A stretch of 27,269 bases of DNA from an uncultured archaeon (GTDB lineage Archaea; Iainarchaeota; Iainarchaeia; Iainarchaeales; 0-14-0-20-30-16): positions 1,524 through 28,792 of the forward strand of contig CAYZSS010000011.1 of assembly GCA_964480435.1 (NCBI GenBank), written 5' to 3'. Positions 8,644-17,618 of this stretch are shown piece by piece. A model generated the notes under the pieces. The model was not told where the DNA came from. It was given only the letters and a program-made list of their open reading frames with translations, and did no database searches. How positions within the stretch are numbered: position 1 is the first letter of the stretch; each line of letters opens with the position of its first letter. The position numbers and the translations under genes were made by a program.

Positions 8644-9783
8644 TTACTTTTTATTGATAAGAGAATTATAAACTTCTAATAATTCATCAGTTTTATTTTC
8701 TATGGACATTTCTTTTGCTCTTTCTAGAGCTCCCTTTTGTTTTTTTAAATATATTTTATTATTTTTTAATAATATTAATGTTTTTTTCGCAAAATCATTA
8801 ATGTTGTTTTTTGAAAGGAACCCCCCTTTTTCTTCTTTCATTACATCTATTACCCCATATGCTTTTATTGCTACAGCTGGCTTACCTGTGCTCATTGCTT
8901 CAAGTAAAACTAACCCTTGTGTATCTGTTAAGGACGCAAATGTAAAAATATCACTTGCTGCATAAGCGTCTGCAAGATCGCGTTTTGTTAAGAATCCAGT
9001 AAATATAACTTTATCTTTTAGCTTTTCTTTTTTGCATAATTGTTTTAAATAGTTTTTTGCAACTCCGTCTCCCACAATAGCTAATTTTACATTAGGGTAA
9101 GAATTAAGAATGATTTTTAATGTTTTTATTAAAAATGAAATGTTTTTTTCATGCCCTACTCTTCCAACAAAAAGAAGAAGTTTCTCGTTTTTTAGGTTAT
9201 ATTTTTTGCGGAATCTACTTGCAACTCCATCTTTGAATTCATCTGTTTTTATACCGGTGGGTAACACAACAATTTTAGATTTTACTCCATAATCTCGAAG
9301 AATTTTTTTACTTTGTGGACTAGGTGCTAAAGTAATATCGCAGGAACCATAGAAATTTTTAATTATTCTCGTTGCAATTTTTTGTAATAATTTGGTAAAT
9401 ATTTTATAATATCCTGGAACGTAGTCTACAAATTGGGTGTGGTAGGTTCCAACTACTGGTATATTTAATTTTTTGGCTTGCTTTTGAGCATTTTGACCCA
9501 CAGTAAAAAAAGAATGCAAATGAACAATATCAAATTTTTCTTTTTTGAAAATCTTATTGTTTGCTGTTATGGGGAATGCTAGTCTATATCCTGCGCCATA
9601 AGGCACTTTGTGGGACTTTAGTCTAATAATATCTTTTTCTGAGTCCTTATAATGTGGGTATCTTGGGCAAATAACATATACTTGGTGCCCTCTTTTTTCT
9701 AATTCATTTTTAAAACTTCTAATAGAGGTTGAGGCTCCATCAATTGAAGGGTAATAAGCATCACATACAAAACAAATCTTCAT
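8644..9783 (-). CDS. Glycosyltransferase, GT4/group 1 family
   Basis: N-terminal KICFVCDAYYPSIDGASTS and C-terminal E-x7-E-like region FASLTDTQGLVLLEAMSTGKPAVA. Confidence 0.85.
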   Translation of the reverse strand: MKICFVCDAYYPSIDGASTSIRSFKNELEKRGHQVYVICPRYPHYKDSEKDIIRLKSHKVPYGAGYRLAFPITANNKIFKKEKFDIVHLHSFFTVGQNAQKQAKKLNIPVVGTYHTQFVDYVPGYYKIFTKLLQKIATRIIKNFYGSCDITLAPSPQSKKILRDYGVKSKIVVLPTGIKTDEFKDGVASRFRKKYNLKNEKLLLFVGRVGHEKNISFLIKTLKIILNSYPNVKLAIVGDGVAKNYLKQLCKKEKLKDKVIFTGFLTKRDLADAYAASDIFTFASLTDTQGLVLLEAMSTGKPAVAIKAYGVIDVMKEEKGGFLSKNNINDFAKKTLILLKNNKIYLKKQKGALERAKEMSIENKTDELLEVYNSLINKK

Positions 9784-9844
9784 AAAATAACCTTCATTAT
9801 ATAAAAACCACAGGGTATTTATTATTTTTTAGCCCTATAGGTAT

Positions 9845-10888
9845 ATGAAAAAAAAATCTGGTTTTATTAATAAAGCGATTGTCCTTTTTATTGTTATCCT
9901 TGTGGCTCTGTTTGTTTCAATCTATTATAAGGCAGACAATGTAGCTGCCTGGTCTGATTCTGATTCAAATTTTGGCTCTGATTCTATTGTAAGTACCCAA
10001 GCAATAGAAGGAATGCAGATTTACTTTTGCCCAGAAGACTGTGGGGACATGAATAAATTATTTCCTGATGACTTGAACAAAATGCTCTGCGCAATATATG
10101 ATATAGAATATGACTGGTTTTGGGATAAAGCAAGAAAACTCTTTGATTTAAATAAAGAGGTAATTATTGTTAGTGATAATGATCAATTCTATGCAAATTA
10201 TACTAAGTTGGACCCTGTGGTTTTGGATGATATAAATTATCTAAATTCAAAAGGACTAATAAAATTAGATACTGGTTCAGGGTACATGCATAGTAAGATT
10301 TGTGTTCTAGATGACTACCTGCTTATTGGTAGTAAAAATTTTAATAAAACAAAAAATTATGATAATTTTATTTTGATAAAAGATAAAGGATTAACAAGTA
10401 TTGCTGAAACAGAAATAAAAGAGTTGTATTCAGGCAATTTTGATAAAGGGGAAAAAACAATTTCTCAAAAAGGGGCAATCCAATTATATTTTTGTCCTGA
10501 AGATGGTTGTGAAGAAAAATATTTGGAAGAATTAAGCAAAGCCAAGGATAGAATTCACTGTGAGTTTTTCACCTTGACTTTGGATTCTTTGAGTACTGAA
10601 ATGTTGAACCAAAAACAGGGTGGAGCAGATTTAAAACTTATATTTGAAAACTCACAAATAAGCCAATATTCTCAATTCACCAAGCTGATTGATTATTCTA
10701 AAAAGACAAATGGGTTTTATTTGCATAGTAAATTTTGTATTATTGATGATTCTGTAATAACAGGATCCATGAATCCTTCGAAAAATAGTGATACAAAAAA
10801 TAATGAGGCAATAATAATAATTCACGATGAAAAAGTGGCAGAGATTTATGAAGATAAATTCCAAGAACATTGGAATAAAATAGAATAA
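9845..10888 (+). CDS. Membrane-anchored phospholipase D-like protein with two HKD motifs (Nuc/PLD superfamily)
   Basis: N-terminal TM FINKAIVLFIVILVALFVSIYY. The HKD motifs are YMHSKICVLDDYLLIGSKNF and YLHSKFCIIDDSVITGSMNP. A FCPED segment is duplicated. Confidence 0.8.
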   Translation: MKKKSGFINKAIVLFIVILVALFVSIYYKADNVAAWSDSDSNFGSDSIVSTQAIEGMQIYFCPEDCGDMNKLFPDDLNKMLCAIYDIEYDWFWDKARKLFDLNKEVIIVSDNDQFYANYTKLDPVVLDDINYLNSKGLIKLDTGSGYMHSKICVLDDYLLIGSKNFNKTKNYDNFILIKDKGLTSIAETEIKELYSGNFDKGEKTISQKGAIQLYFCPEDGCEEKYLEELSKAKDRIHCEFFTLTLDSLSTEMLNQKQGGADLKLIFENSQISQYSQFTKLIDYSKKTNGFYLHSKFCIIDDSVITGSMNPSKNSDTKNNEAIIIIHDEKVAEIYEDKFQEHWNKIE

Positions 10889-10989
10889 AACGAGTAGGGA
10901 ACAATTTGCTTTGGTTATGTATGTTATTTTTGTAGACATTTTTTTATAAAATATAACAGAAGTATCAGGTTCCCTCGCCTTACCAGTTT

Positions 10990-11889
10990 CTACTTGCAAA
11001 ATACATGTACCTTGTTGTCTTCATCAATGTAAACTGTTTTCTCTGCCTGAGAAACTAAACATCCCGGGATATCGTCTAGTTGGTGTGCAGATTTTATGCA
11101 TCCTTCTCTATCTAGTAAATTTAAAGCCAGTTTTTTACTGGTTGGGCTTAGTTTTGTTCCTACCCATCTTTCTGAAAATGGTAATCCTAATCTTTCTTCA
11201 ACTTCCTTTAGAATCTCTCTTCCTGCAGGATTTCTAGTTTGTTTTCCTGTTAAGAAATAAATGCTGTTAAATCCAGCTTCTTTTACTATTCCACTTCCTG
11301 TGGTAGCAAATGGTTCTATTGCGTAAATCTTATCTACTCCAAGTGTTGAAGGGTCATTAGTATTAATGTTTGGGATGCTTTTTCCTGCATGTAAATCAAA
11401 TTCATCAATGGTGTGTCCTGTTAAATTTCTTATGGGTTTGAATCCAAAAGAAACTATTTCGTTTTCAATTATTTCTCCTATTTTTCCTATTTTTGAGTCT
11501 TTTTTATTTTTTACAATATAATCACTTGCTTTCTCTAGAGCTGATTCGCTTGCTTTAACAAGTTTTGAATTCTTTCCTGTTAAATCTATTGTAAATGCTC
11601 CATCTACTGTGAACCCATTTGAATGAGCCCCGATATCAACTTTTACTAGTTCTTTTCCGAATTTTTCAGTAGAATAACTTAGTGGAGAATAATGTGCTGC
11701 TGAGTTATCTCTGGACAAATTCACAGGGAATGCAATGTCAGCATGCTTTCTAATTTCTGCTTCGATTTTTTCAGCAGCATCAAGAATGGAGTTCCCTTCT
11801 TTAACCTCTTTTTCAGCAACTTTCTTTGCTTCAATCCATGCTTTGTTTGCAATTGTTAATTCTTTTAATATATCTATTTCTATATCCAT
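10990..11889 (-). CDS. map: Methionine aminopeptidase, archaeal type 2
   Basis: The pita-bread fold metal-ligand regions are present: VDIGAHSNGFTVDGAFT, GHTID, YAIEPFATTG and SQAEKT. ATG 11889 is preceded by AAGGTGA; the track ORF starts at the upstream GTG 11898. Confidence 0.88.
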   Translation of the reverse strand: MDIEIDILKELTIANKAWIEAKKVAEKEVKEGNSILDAAEKIEAEIRKHADIAFPVNLSRDNSAAHYSPLSYSTEKFGKELVKVDIGAHSNGFTVDGAFTIDLTGKNSKLVKASESALEKASDYIVKNKKDSKIGKIGEIIENEIVSFGFKPIRNLTGHTIDEFDLHAGKSIPNINTNDPSTLGVDKIYAIEPFATTGSGIVKEAGFNSIYFLTGKQTRNPAGREILKEVEERLGLPFSERWVGTKLSPTSKKLALNLLDREGCIKSAHQLDDIPGCLVSQAEKTVYIDEDNKVHVFCK

Positions 11890-11894
11890 TTTGT

Positions 11895-12656
11895 TCACCT
11901 TGGCTTAATCCTGTCTCTAAATAATTTGTTATGTTTTGGAAGTAATTCTCCTTTTTTTCTTGCTAAGTTTCTTTCTGCCCACTCTCTATGTAATTTTTTA
12001 CTTACTTCTCTTGCATCAATATTACTTGGTAGTATTCCCCCTTTTAGGAATGTTTGAATATACTGTCTTAACTGCCTTCTATATTCTGCATTACATTTTG
12101 CCTCTTGTGATAACCCAAAAAAATCAAAAAGTGGGGGTAATAGCCCCACAACAGTAAATTCTTTTTTTGTAGCAATATTTCTTATTAATTTAACTACAAA
12201 TACTCTCCAGTTTTCTTTAATTGCTTGTGAAAATTCTGCTAATTCTCTTTCTCTTCCTCTAACTCCTTGAATTGCATTTAATATTACAACTGTTTTCCCA
12301 TCTCTTGGCCATAGATAGAAATTAAAAGTCGCGATTCTTTTCCCATTCGGGGCTATTATTTCATGCTGGAATGGAGCATCAACATGTACTCCCCCTGTGG
12401 ATGCTTTTATTTCATGGCCCATGATTTTTTGATTTATGTTAATTGGTGATGGAATATTTAGTTTGGCTAACTTTATCTTTTCTTGTAGAGGTAATCCTTC
12501 AGGTAATATCATTATAAATGCCATGGCTCTTGCAGCATCACGAACAGTTTCAAAGTTATCAAATACTGTTGATGCTGTTTCTGGGCTTTGTGATTCATTT
12601 AGAATATAATGTCCGATGAACCGCTCTCTTAACCGACTCCGATCTATTTTTTGCAT
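11895..12656 (-). CDS. Hypothetical protein, Arg-rich, between polB and map; family unknown (faint VirK/YbjX DUF535-like core, unverified)
   Basis: Uninterrupted 253-aa ORF. It starts 14 nt after the polB stop, and its stop overlaps the map SD. No motif can be named with certainty. Confidence 0.6.
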   Translation of the reverse strand: MQKIDRSRLRERFIGHYILNESQSPETASTVFDNFETVRDAARAMAFIMILPEGLPLQEKIKLAKLNIPSPININQKIMGHEIKASTGGVHVDAPFQHEIIAPNGKRIATFNFYLWPRDGKTVVILNAIQGVRGRERELAEFSQAIKENWRVFVVKLIRNIATKKEFTVVGLLPPLFDFFGLSQEAKCNAEYRRQLRQYIQTFLKGGILPSNIDAREVSKKLHREWAERNLARKKGELLPKHNKLFRDRIKPR

Positions 12657-12670
12657 ATCTTAGCACCAAA

Positions 12671-15022
12671 TTAAAATAATTTCTTTTGTTTTGTTGTGTC
12701 CAGTAGTTCATCCTTGCTATATCCCAGCTGCTCTATTAATGGAACTACTGCAGGCAGAACTTGGTTATTAATATAATAATCTTCGTCGTAATTATTTTCT
12801 TTTACATACTGTTCTAATTCTGCTTTATCTGAAATTGTTTTTCCATCTTTTGTAATTATGAAGTTTAGTACTGTGCCTGTTTTTATTATGTGCCCCTTTC
12901 TCTCTGCTTTCTTTGCGGCTGAAACATGTGGAGAAATATTATTATATTTATTTATCGGTTTTGTGATTTTTGAAGATAAAACCAAATCTTCTTTGCTTAC
13001 TTTGTGCTCTTTTAATTTTCTAATTGTTTCTTTGATAATTTTTACTGCTTTTTCCAGGTTTCCCTCGTTAAGAATAATTTCTAAAACTTCTTTTTGTAGT
13101 TTTTTTGCAATGTTGCTCCAGTCCCTACGCACAAATTCAAAGCCTACAATTTTTAACGTGCCTTCATCATCTATTAGAGCGTATCTTTTTTTTGCACCAA
13201 CATTCTCTGCTTTTTTTGATACAAATAACCCTCTTTTGTAATATCCATCTAAAGATAACTTGATTTCTCCAGGTAATGATTTATTTGTTTTTGTTAGGAA
13301 AGATTCAACATCTGACCTGTTTTTGTAAATTAAAAATGCACTATCTGTATCTGAATAAATAACTCTTAATCCTGCTTTTTCAGCAGATTCACAAATGCTT
13401 TTTACATATTCTTGAGAGTATGCTACTGTTGATCTTGCGCACTCTAAACAATACCATCTTGCTCTTGGATATGCTAAATATCCATAGAAGCTAGCTAGTA
13501 GTCTTTTCAAACTCCACTGTCTAGCAAATAAAACATCGCGTTTTGGTTTATCTGCTTTTAACATTTCAGTTTTTATTTTCATTCTTTTGTCCATTATTTC
13601 TTTTATTATTAGAGGTAATGTTGCTTTTGTTTCTAAATTAAATTTATCTTTTGTGGGACTAATAACAAACTTTTTTCCTGGTGCATTAAAGCTTTCCGGA
13701 GAAATATTGTGAGTAATTATTATGGATGGGTGTAGTGACCTAAAATCGATTACAGCTATATTCTCGTAAATCCCTGGTTCAGGTTCTTTTACATAGCCTC
13801 CAATAAAAGACTTTTCACCTCTTTCCCATACTACGTCTCCAATTGGTTTTTTAGGAATAAGCTTTTTTTCTTTTGCATATTCGAACATAATAACGGACTC
13901 GATCATATTGCTTGTTGCCATTCTTATGGTGTCTTGTATTGTTCTGTGTATTGTTTTTGATAATTCCATAAACATAAGCAAATATTTTTCTCCAAGTTCA
14001 TATGTTGCTTTGGCGTCATCTAAATTATACTCAAATAATTTATTTCTTTTTTCTATATCTTCCCATAATTCTGGTATCTCGGAATATTCTATATCTATTT
14101 TGTCTGTTCCAATTAATTCTTCATAAGCAGTAGTTAAATCTAATTTAACTAGATCAATACTCCCTATTCTTGAAAGATAAGCAATTACCTTGTATACATC
14201 TATGTGCTGAATCCCTGAAGTATATGCTGTTTTGCCTTGGCTTGATTTGCGAATTATTGGTTTAAGGTATTTTCCTAAATTTAATCCGTATTCTTTTGCT
14301 CTTAGAGAAATTATCGGAAGATCGAAATTATCTCCATTATAAGTATAAATACAATCATATTCGTTTAGTTTTTCTATAATTTTTGCAATCATATCTTTTT
14401 CGTCTATGCAAAGTTCAAAATCTGCATTGTGCTCCTGTTGTTCTCTGTAACTATATGTTTTTTTGTGATTTTTTGCATATAATGAGATTGATAAAATCTG
14501 ACACTCTAAAATGTTTTTCTCGTTAAAAGTAGTTTCTATATCTAAGGCACAACACTTTGGAAAAAAAATAGTGTCTTTTTCTTTAAATTCTAGCCCTGAT
14601 TCTTTTTCATGTATTTCGTAATAATTAAGGGGGGTAATTTGCTTGTCAATAATATATCTTTGATCATAAGGGATATCATAATCGTGTTTGCTTACAAATC
14701 CATTGAATGTTTTTATTGTGTGTCTTAATTCTGTTAATTGGGTTGTATTTTGGAAAATTAATTTATATATTGGTTTTTTATCATGCTTTTCTATTTCATA
14801 TTTTAGAAACGCATTTTTGTTTTCAATAAGTGATTTTTCAAAGGATTTTGGGTTGTTTGTTTTTACATAAAAATAAGGCCTAAAATCTGAGTCTGATATA
14901 ATTTTTTTGTTTATTCCATCTGTGATACAAACACTGATGATAGACTCATTGTGCCCATTGTTTTCATAAAAAACATCTAATATGTGCCCTGTAATAATGG
15001 ACTTTGTCTTCTTATCAACCAT
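12671..15022 (-). CDS. polB: Family B DNA polymerase
   Basis: Exo I ALDIETT, Exo II YNGDNFDLP, Exo III YNLDDA, motif A DFRSLHPSIIITHN, motif B KRLLASFYGY, motif C YSDTDS. Confidence 0.95.
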   Translation of the reverse strand: MVDKKTKSIITGHILDVFYENNGHNESIISVCITDGINKKIISDSDFRPYFYVKTNNPKSFEKSLIENKNAFLKYEIEKHDKKPIYKLIFQNTTQLTELRHTIKTFNGFVSKHDYDIPYDQRYIIDKQITPLNYYEIHEKESGLEFKEKDTIFFPKCCALDIETTFNEKNILECQILSISLYAKNHKKTYSYREQQEHNADFELCIDEKDMIAKIIEKLNEYDCIYTYNGDNFDLPIISLRAKEYGLNLGKYLKPIIRKSSQGKTAYTSGIQHIDVYKVIAYLSRIGSIDLVKLDLTTAYEELIGTDKIDIEYSEIPELWEDIEKRNKLFEYNLDDAKATYELGEKYLLMFMELSKTIHRTIQDTIRMATSNMIESVIMFEYAKEKKLIPKKPIGDVVWERGEKSFIGGYVKEPEPGIYENIAVIDFRSLHPSIIITHNISPESFNAPGKKFVISPTKDKFNLETKATLPLIIKEIMDKRMKIKTEMLKADKPKRDVLFARQWSLKRLLASFYGYLAYPRARWYCLECARSTVAYSQEYVKSICESAEKAGLRVIYSDTDSAFLIYKNRSDVESFLTKTNKSLPGEIKLSLDGYYKRGLFVSKKAENVGAKKRYALIDDEGTLKIVGFEFVRRDWSNIAKKLQKEVLEIILNEGNLEKAVKIIKETIRKLKEHKVSKEDLVLSSKITKPINKYNNISPHVSAAKKAERKGHIIKTGTVLNFIITKDGKTISDKAELEQYVKENNYDEDYYINNQVLPAVVPLIEQLGYSKDELLDTTKQKKLF

Positions 15023-15050
15023 AATTGCACCCTATAAGACTTAATAACAG

Positions 15051-15069
15051 TAAATATATTTATATATAT
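15051..15069. promoter_or_regulatory. Divergent TATA-rich promoter region between polB (-) and the coiled-coil gene (+)
   Basis: AAATATATTTATATATATT lies in the 77-nt gap, about 30 nt from each start codon. Confidence 0.45.
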
Positions 15070-15099
15070 TCGGGTATTACTTATATCAAAGGGATTCTT

Positions 15100-15507
15100 A
15101 TGGTGGAGATTGTTCAAAATAGCGCAGAATTAAAGGCTTTGAACACTACTGTTATGCTTCTTTCTCAAAAAATGGCTTATATTGTAAGAAATGAGAAAAT
15201 ACTTAGTAAAAATATCCTGATTTTAAATGAAAAAATAAATAAACTTTCAGAAAAATCTTCTGTAAAATCAGGGGATTTTGGTGTTGATTCTGAAGTTACT
15301 GATAGCCTTAGCTCGAAAATAACTGAATTATATGAAAAACAGAAAGCGTTTAAGCAGGATCTTGAATATATAAGGGCAAGTATAGATGGGTTAAAAGAAT
15401 CATTTGTTACTAAAGCAGAATTACAAGAATTAAAATATATTATTGATACAATAAATCCATTAGAATTTGTTACCTATCAACAATTAAAAGATCTAATAAA
15501 AAAATGA
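15100..15507 (+). CDS. Hypothetical coiled-coil protein (135 aa)
   Basis: Heptad-rich sequence (LNEKINKLSEK, ITELYEKQKAFKQDLEYIRASIDGLKE). ATG 15100 was chosen because the track ORF begins at a TTG inside the promoter. Confidence 0.6.
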   Translation: MVEIVQNSAELKALNTTVMLLSQKMAYIVRNEKILSKNILILNEKINKLSEKSSVKSGDFGVDSEVTDSLSSKITELYEKQKAFKQDLEYIRASIDGLKESFVTKAELQELKYIIDTINPLEFVTYQQLKDLIKK

Positions 15508-15550
15508 TTTTATGAACAAGTTTGAATTTATGCTCAAAATCCAAGAAACC

Positions 15551-15701
15551 ATTTTGCATATCGCAAAATGTTTCAGGGTCTAACATATTTTGTTTTAAAC
15601 AAAATACTGTTTTACGCAAAATATCAAACAGGTGCCAACAAATCAATTTTCAAAAAAGAAAATTGTTTGGGGGTCTGAAGCAATTCTGTATAACACAAAA
15701 T
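15551..15701. promoter_or_regulatory. Array of three 19-bp palindromic operator-like sites ATTYTG-N7-CAAAAT plus one half-site
   Basis: Sites lie at 15551-15569, 15587-15605 and 15683-15701, with a half-site CGCAAAAT at 15614-15621. All sit in the 226-nt gap upstream of the 15734 gene. Confidence 0.45.
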
Positions 15702-15733
15702 TGGCTTCTTACATAAAAGTATGAGATGATTTT

Positions 15734-17086
15734 ATGAAACCTATTTACCTGGCTTTTTTGTTTTTATTTTTGTTATTTAGTTTATCTTTTAGTTTGGATA
15801 TCATGAGTGTAAAACAAAAAGCTTATGACATGCAATTATTAAAAACGGCTAGTTTTGACGGCGTAGATGAAGAAATATCTTTGTCCGAAAATTCAATGGT
15901 TAATCTTTCAGGTAGTGATTTTTGGATAATTTCCGTGTCATCTCCAAATAATGTTGACTATTATAATTATCTTGTTATTAGTGATAAAAAACCAACTGAA
16001 CTGGTTTCTGAGAGCCAATATGAACAAATAATAAAATCAAAAGTTTTTGTTGATTATCTTGCAGGAAAAGAATTGTATTATTCTTCTACTCTTACAAATT
16101 ATTTTTTGAACTTGTCTACTGAATTGGACACAATGAATTATAATATTGATTTATTTGAAAACTCTTTAAAAGATGAAGCTTTGGATATGACTGATATATC
16201 TAATAAAGTAAGCGGCATAAAACAAGAAATATCCGCATTAGAATCAACAGTGAGCAAAGCAGAACAGGAATCAAATGATTTAGATAGTATGCTTATTGCT
16301 TTAAAAAAAGAAATTGCTGGCAATATAAATGAAGATTTGTTTAATTCTGCAAATAGTTTATCTGAAGATTCTAAAGATATTTTGTCAGGGTATAATGGGC
16401 TGGATGCAAAATTACAAATTCTTAAATCCATAACTGCTGATCTAAATATAGATGTTCAGAAAAAATCAATTATATTTAATTTTTTTAAAATGTCTCCGTT
16501 GCTACAAAGTTTTGGAAGCAATAAAGAAGTAATTGATAGCTCTTTTTCTAATGTGCAAAAAGCATATAATCAATCTGCAAATAATTCATTTATTAAGAAA
16601 CTTTCATATGACTGGGCTCAAAGAAAATATAGGGGTGAATTGTTTAGAACTCTTTTCTCTGAAGATAAAGAGATAAAATCAAAAACAAAAAAAAGCACCT
16701 TAGATTTAGCCATAACCGAAATAATATCAAATACTTCTGTGTGGAAAACCCCTGATGCAAAAAAAATCGAATCAGAAAGAGAAGAGTTATATGCGATAGT
16801 AAAAAAAGGGACATATAAAGCAGGGCTAGAAAATTTGGATGATTTGAGAAGCTCTGTTTTGAGTATTTATTTGGCAGGAAAACAAGAGATAACTGTTGAT
16901 GATTCTGCTTCTGCATCGCAAGATAAAAGTAAGCAGTATTTGTATTATGTTCTGTATGCTCTAATTGGGCTGTTTATAATTTTTACTGGCTATAAACTCT
17001 ATAGAAAATATGCAACAAAAGCTAATTCTGATGAAAATGATACTGGGGCAGATGAAGGCGATGATAATACTAATTATGAAATATAA
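15734..17086 (+). CDS. Hypothetical exported, C-terminally membrane-anchored surface protein with a central coiled coil
   Basis: Signal-like N-terminus MKPIYLAFLFLFLLFSLSFSL, C-terminal TM YYVLYALIGLFIIFTGYKLY, then the acidic tail DENDTGADEGDDNTNYEI. Confidence 0.7.
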   Translation: MKPIYLAFLFLFLLFSLSFSLDIMSVKQKAYDMQLLKTASFDGVDEEISLSENSMVNLSGSDFWIISVSSPNNVDYYNYLVISDKKPTELVSESQYEQIIKSKVFVDYLAGKELYYSSTLTNYFLNLSTELDTMNYNIDLFENSLKDEALDMTDISNKVSGIKQEISALESTVSKAEQESNDLDSMLIALKKEIAGNINEDLFNSANSLSEDSKDILSGYNGLDAKLQILKSITADLNIDVQKKSIIFNFFKMSPLLQSFGSNKEVIDSSFSNVQKAYNQSANNSFIKKLSYDWAQRKYRGELFRTLFSEDKEIKSKTKKSTLDLAITEIISNTSVWKTPDAKKIESEREELYAIVKKGTYKAGLENLDDLRSSVLSIYLAGKQEITVDDSASASQDKSKQYLYYVLYALIGLFIIFTGYKLYRKYATKANSDENDTGADEGDDNTNYEI

Positions 17087-17155
17087 TCTTTTGTAGATTT
17101 TGTTACTCTTGCCTGGATAAAAATATTTAGGTTGTTGAATTTTTTAATGGCTTTA

Positions 17156-17341
17156 TTATATTCGAGAAACAAACTGTGTTTTTTTCATATACTCATCTTT
17201 ACAAGCTTCACAGCAGAATCGTCTTCCATAAACACCTGCTCCTGAATCTTGAATAACTTTCCTACAATTCATACAGGTATACTGTATTGTTGATGAACCG
17301 CCTAATCCACCTCTATTTTTTACGTTTTTTAGTACATCCAT
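17156..17341 (-). CDS. Small FCS/TRASH-type zinc-ribbon protein (61 aa)
   Basis: C-MN-C ... FCCEAC, the same C-x2-C...FC(S/C)xxC pattern seen in L24e. Confidence 0.55.
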   Translation of the reverse strand: MDVLKNVKNRGGLGGSSTIQYTCMNCRKVIQDSGAGVYGRRFCCEACKDEYMKKTQFVSRI

Positions 17342-17618
17342 ATTTTCACCCTCTTGACTTTTTGATATTTTTATTTAAATTAAAATCTGTTGATGTAATA
17401 CATACTGTGGGGGGCTATAAATATTTTGTTAATGATTATAGGTTGTCAAAATTAACTTGTCACCCTTTCCTTGGGTTTGGTTTGTCTTTGATTTATACAT
17501 TATTTGGTACTAACTTTTTGGGTTCTTCTTTTTGCATCGTGGGCTTTTTGTTTTAAACTCTTCTTTTCTCCTATCTGATTATTGAAAAAGATATATATCT
17601 TCCTATTTCATATATGTA

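Noticed and set aside
10894-10978. Inverted repeat AGGGAAC...GTTCCCT, about 70 nt apart, between the convergent PLD and map genes.
   Set aside because: It is only 7 bp with a long AT-rich loop, which fits an ordinary convergent-terminator region.
10990-11889. MetAP reads SQAEKT where most enzymes read AQ(F/Y)EHT, raising the possibility of inactivation.
   Set aside because: The metal-binding Glu is retained, and the adjacent His is not a metal ligand. This is not enough to call it unusual.
15522-15716. 64-aa ORF with repeated FC(I/F)xQN peptides.
   Set aside because: It has a TTG start and no SD or TATA. The peptide repeats are a by-product of the palindromic DNA sites ATTYTG-N7-CAAAAT.
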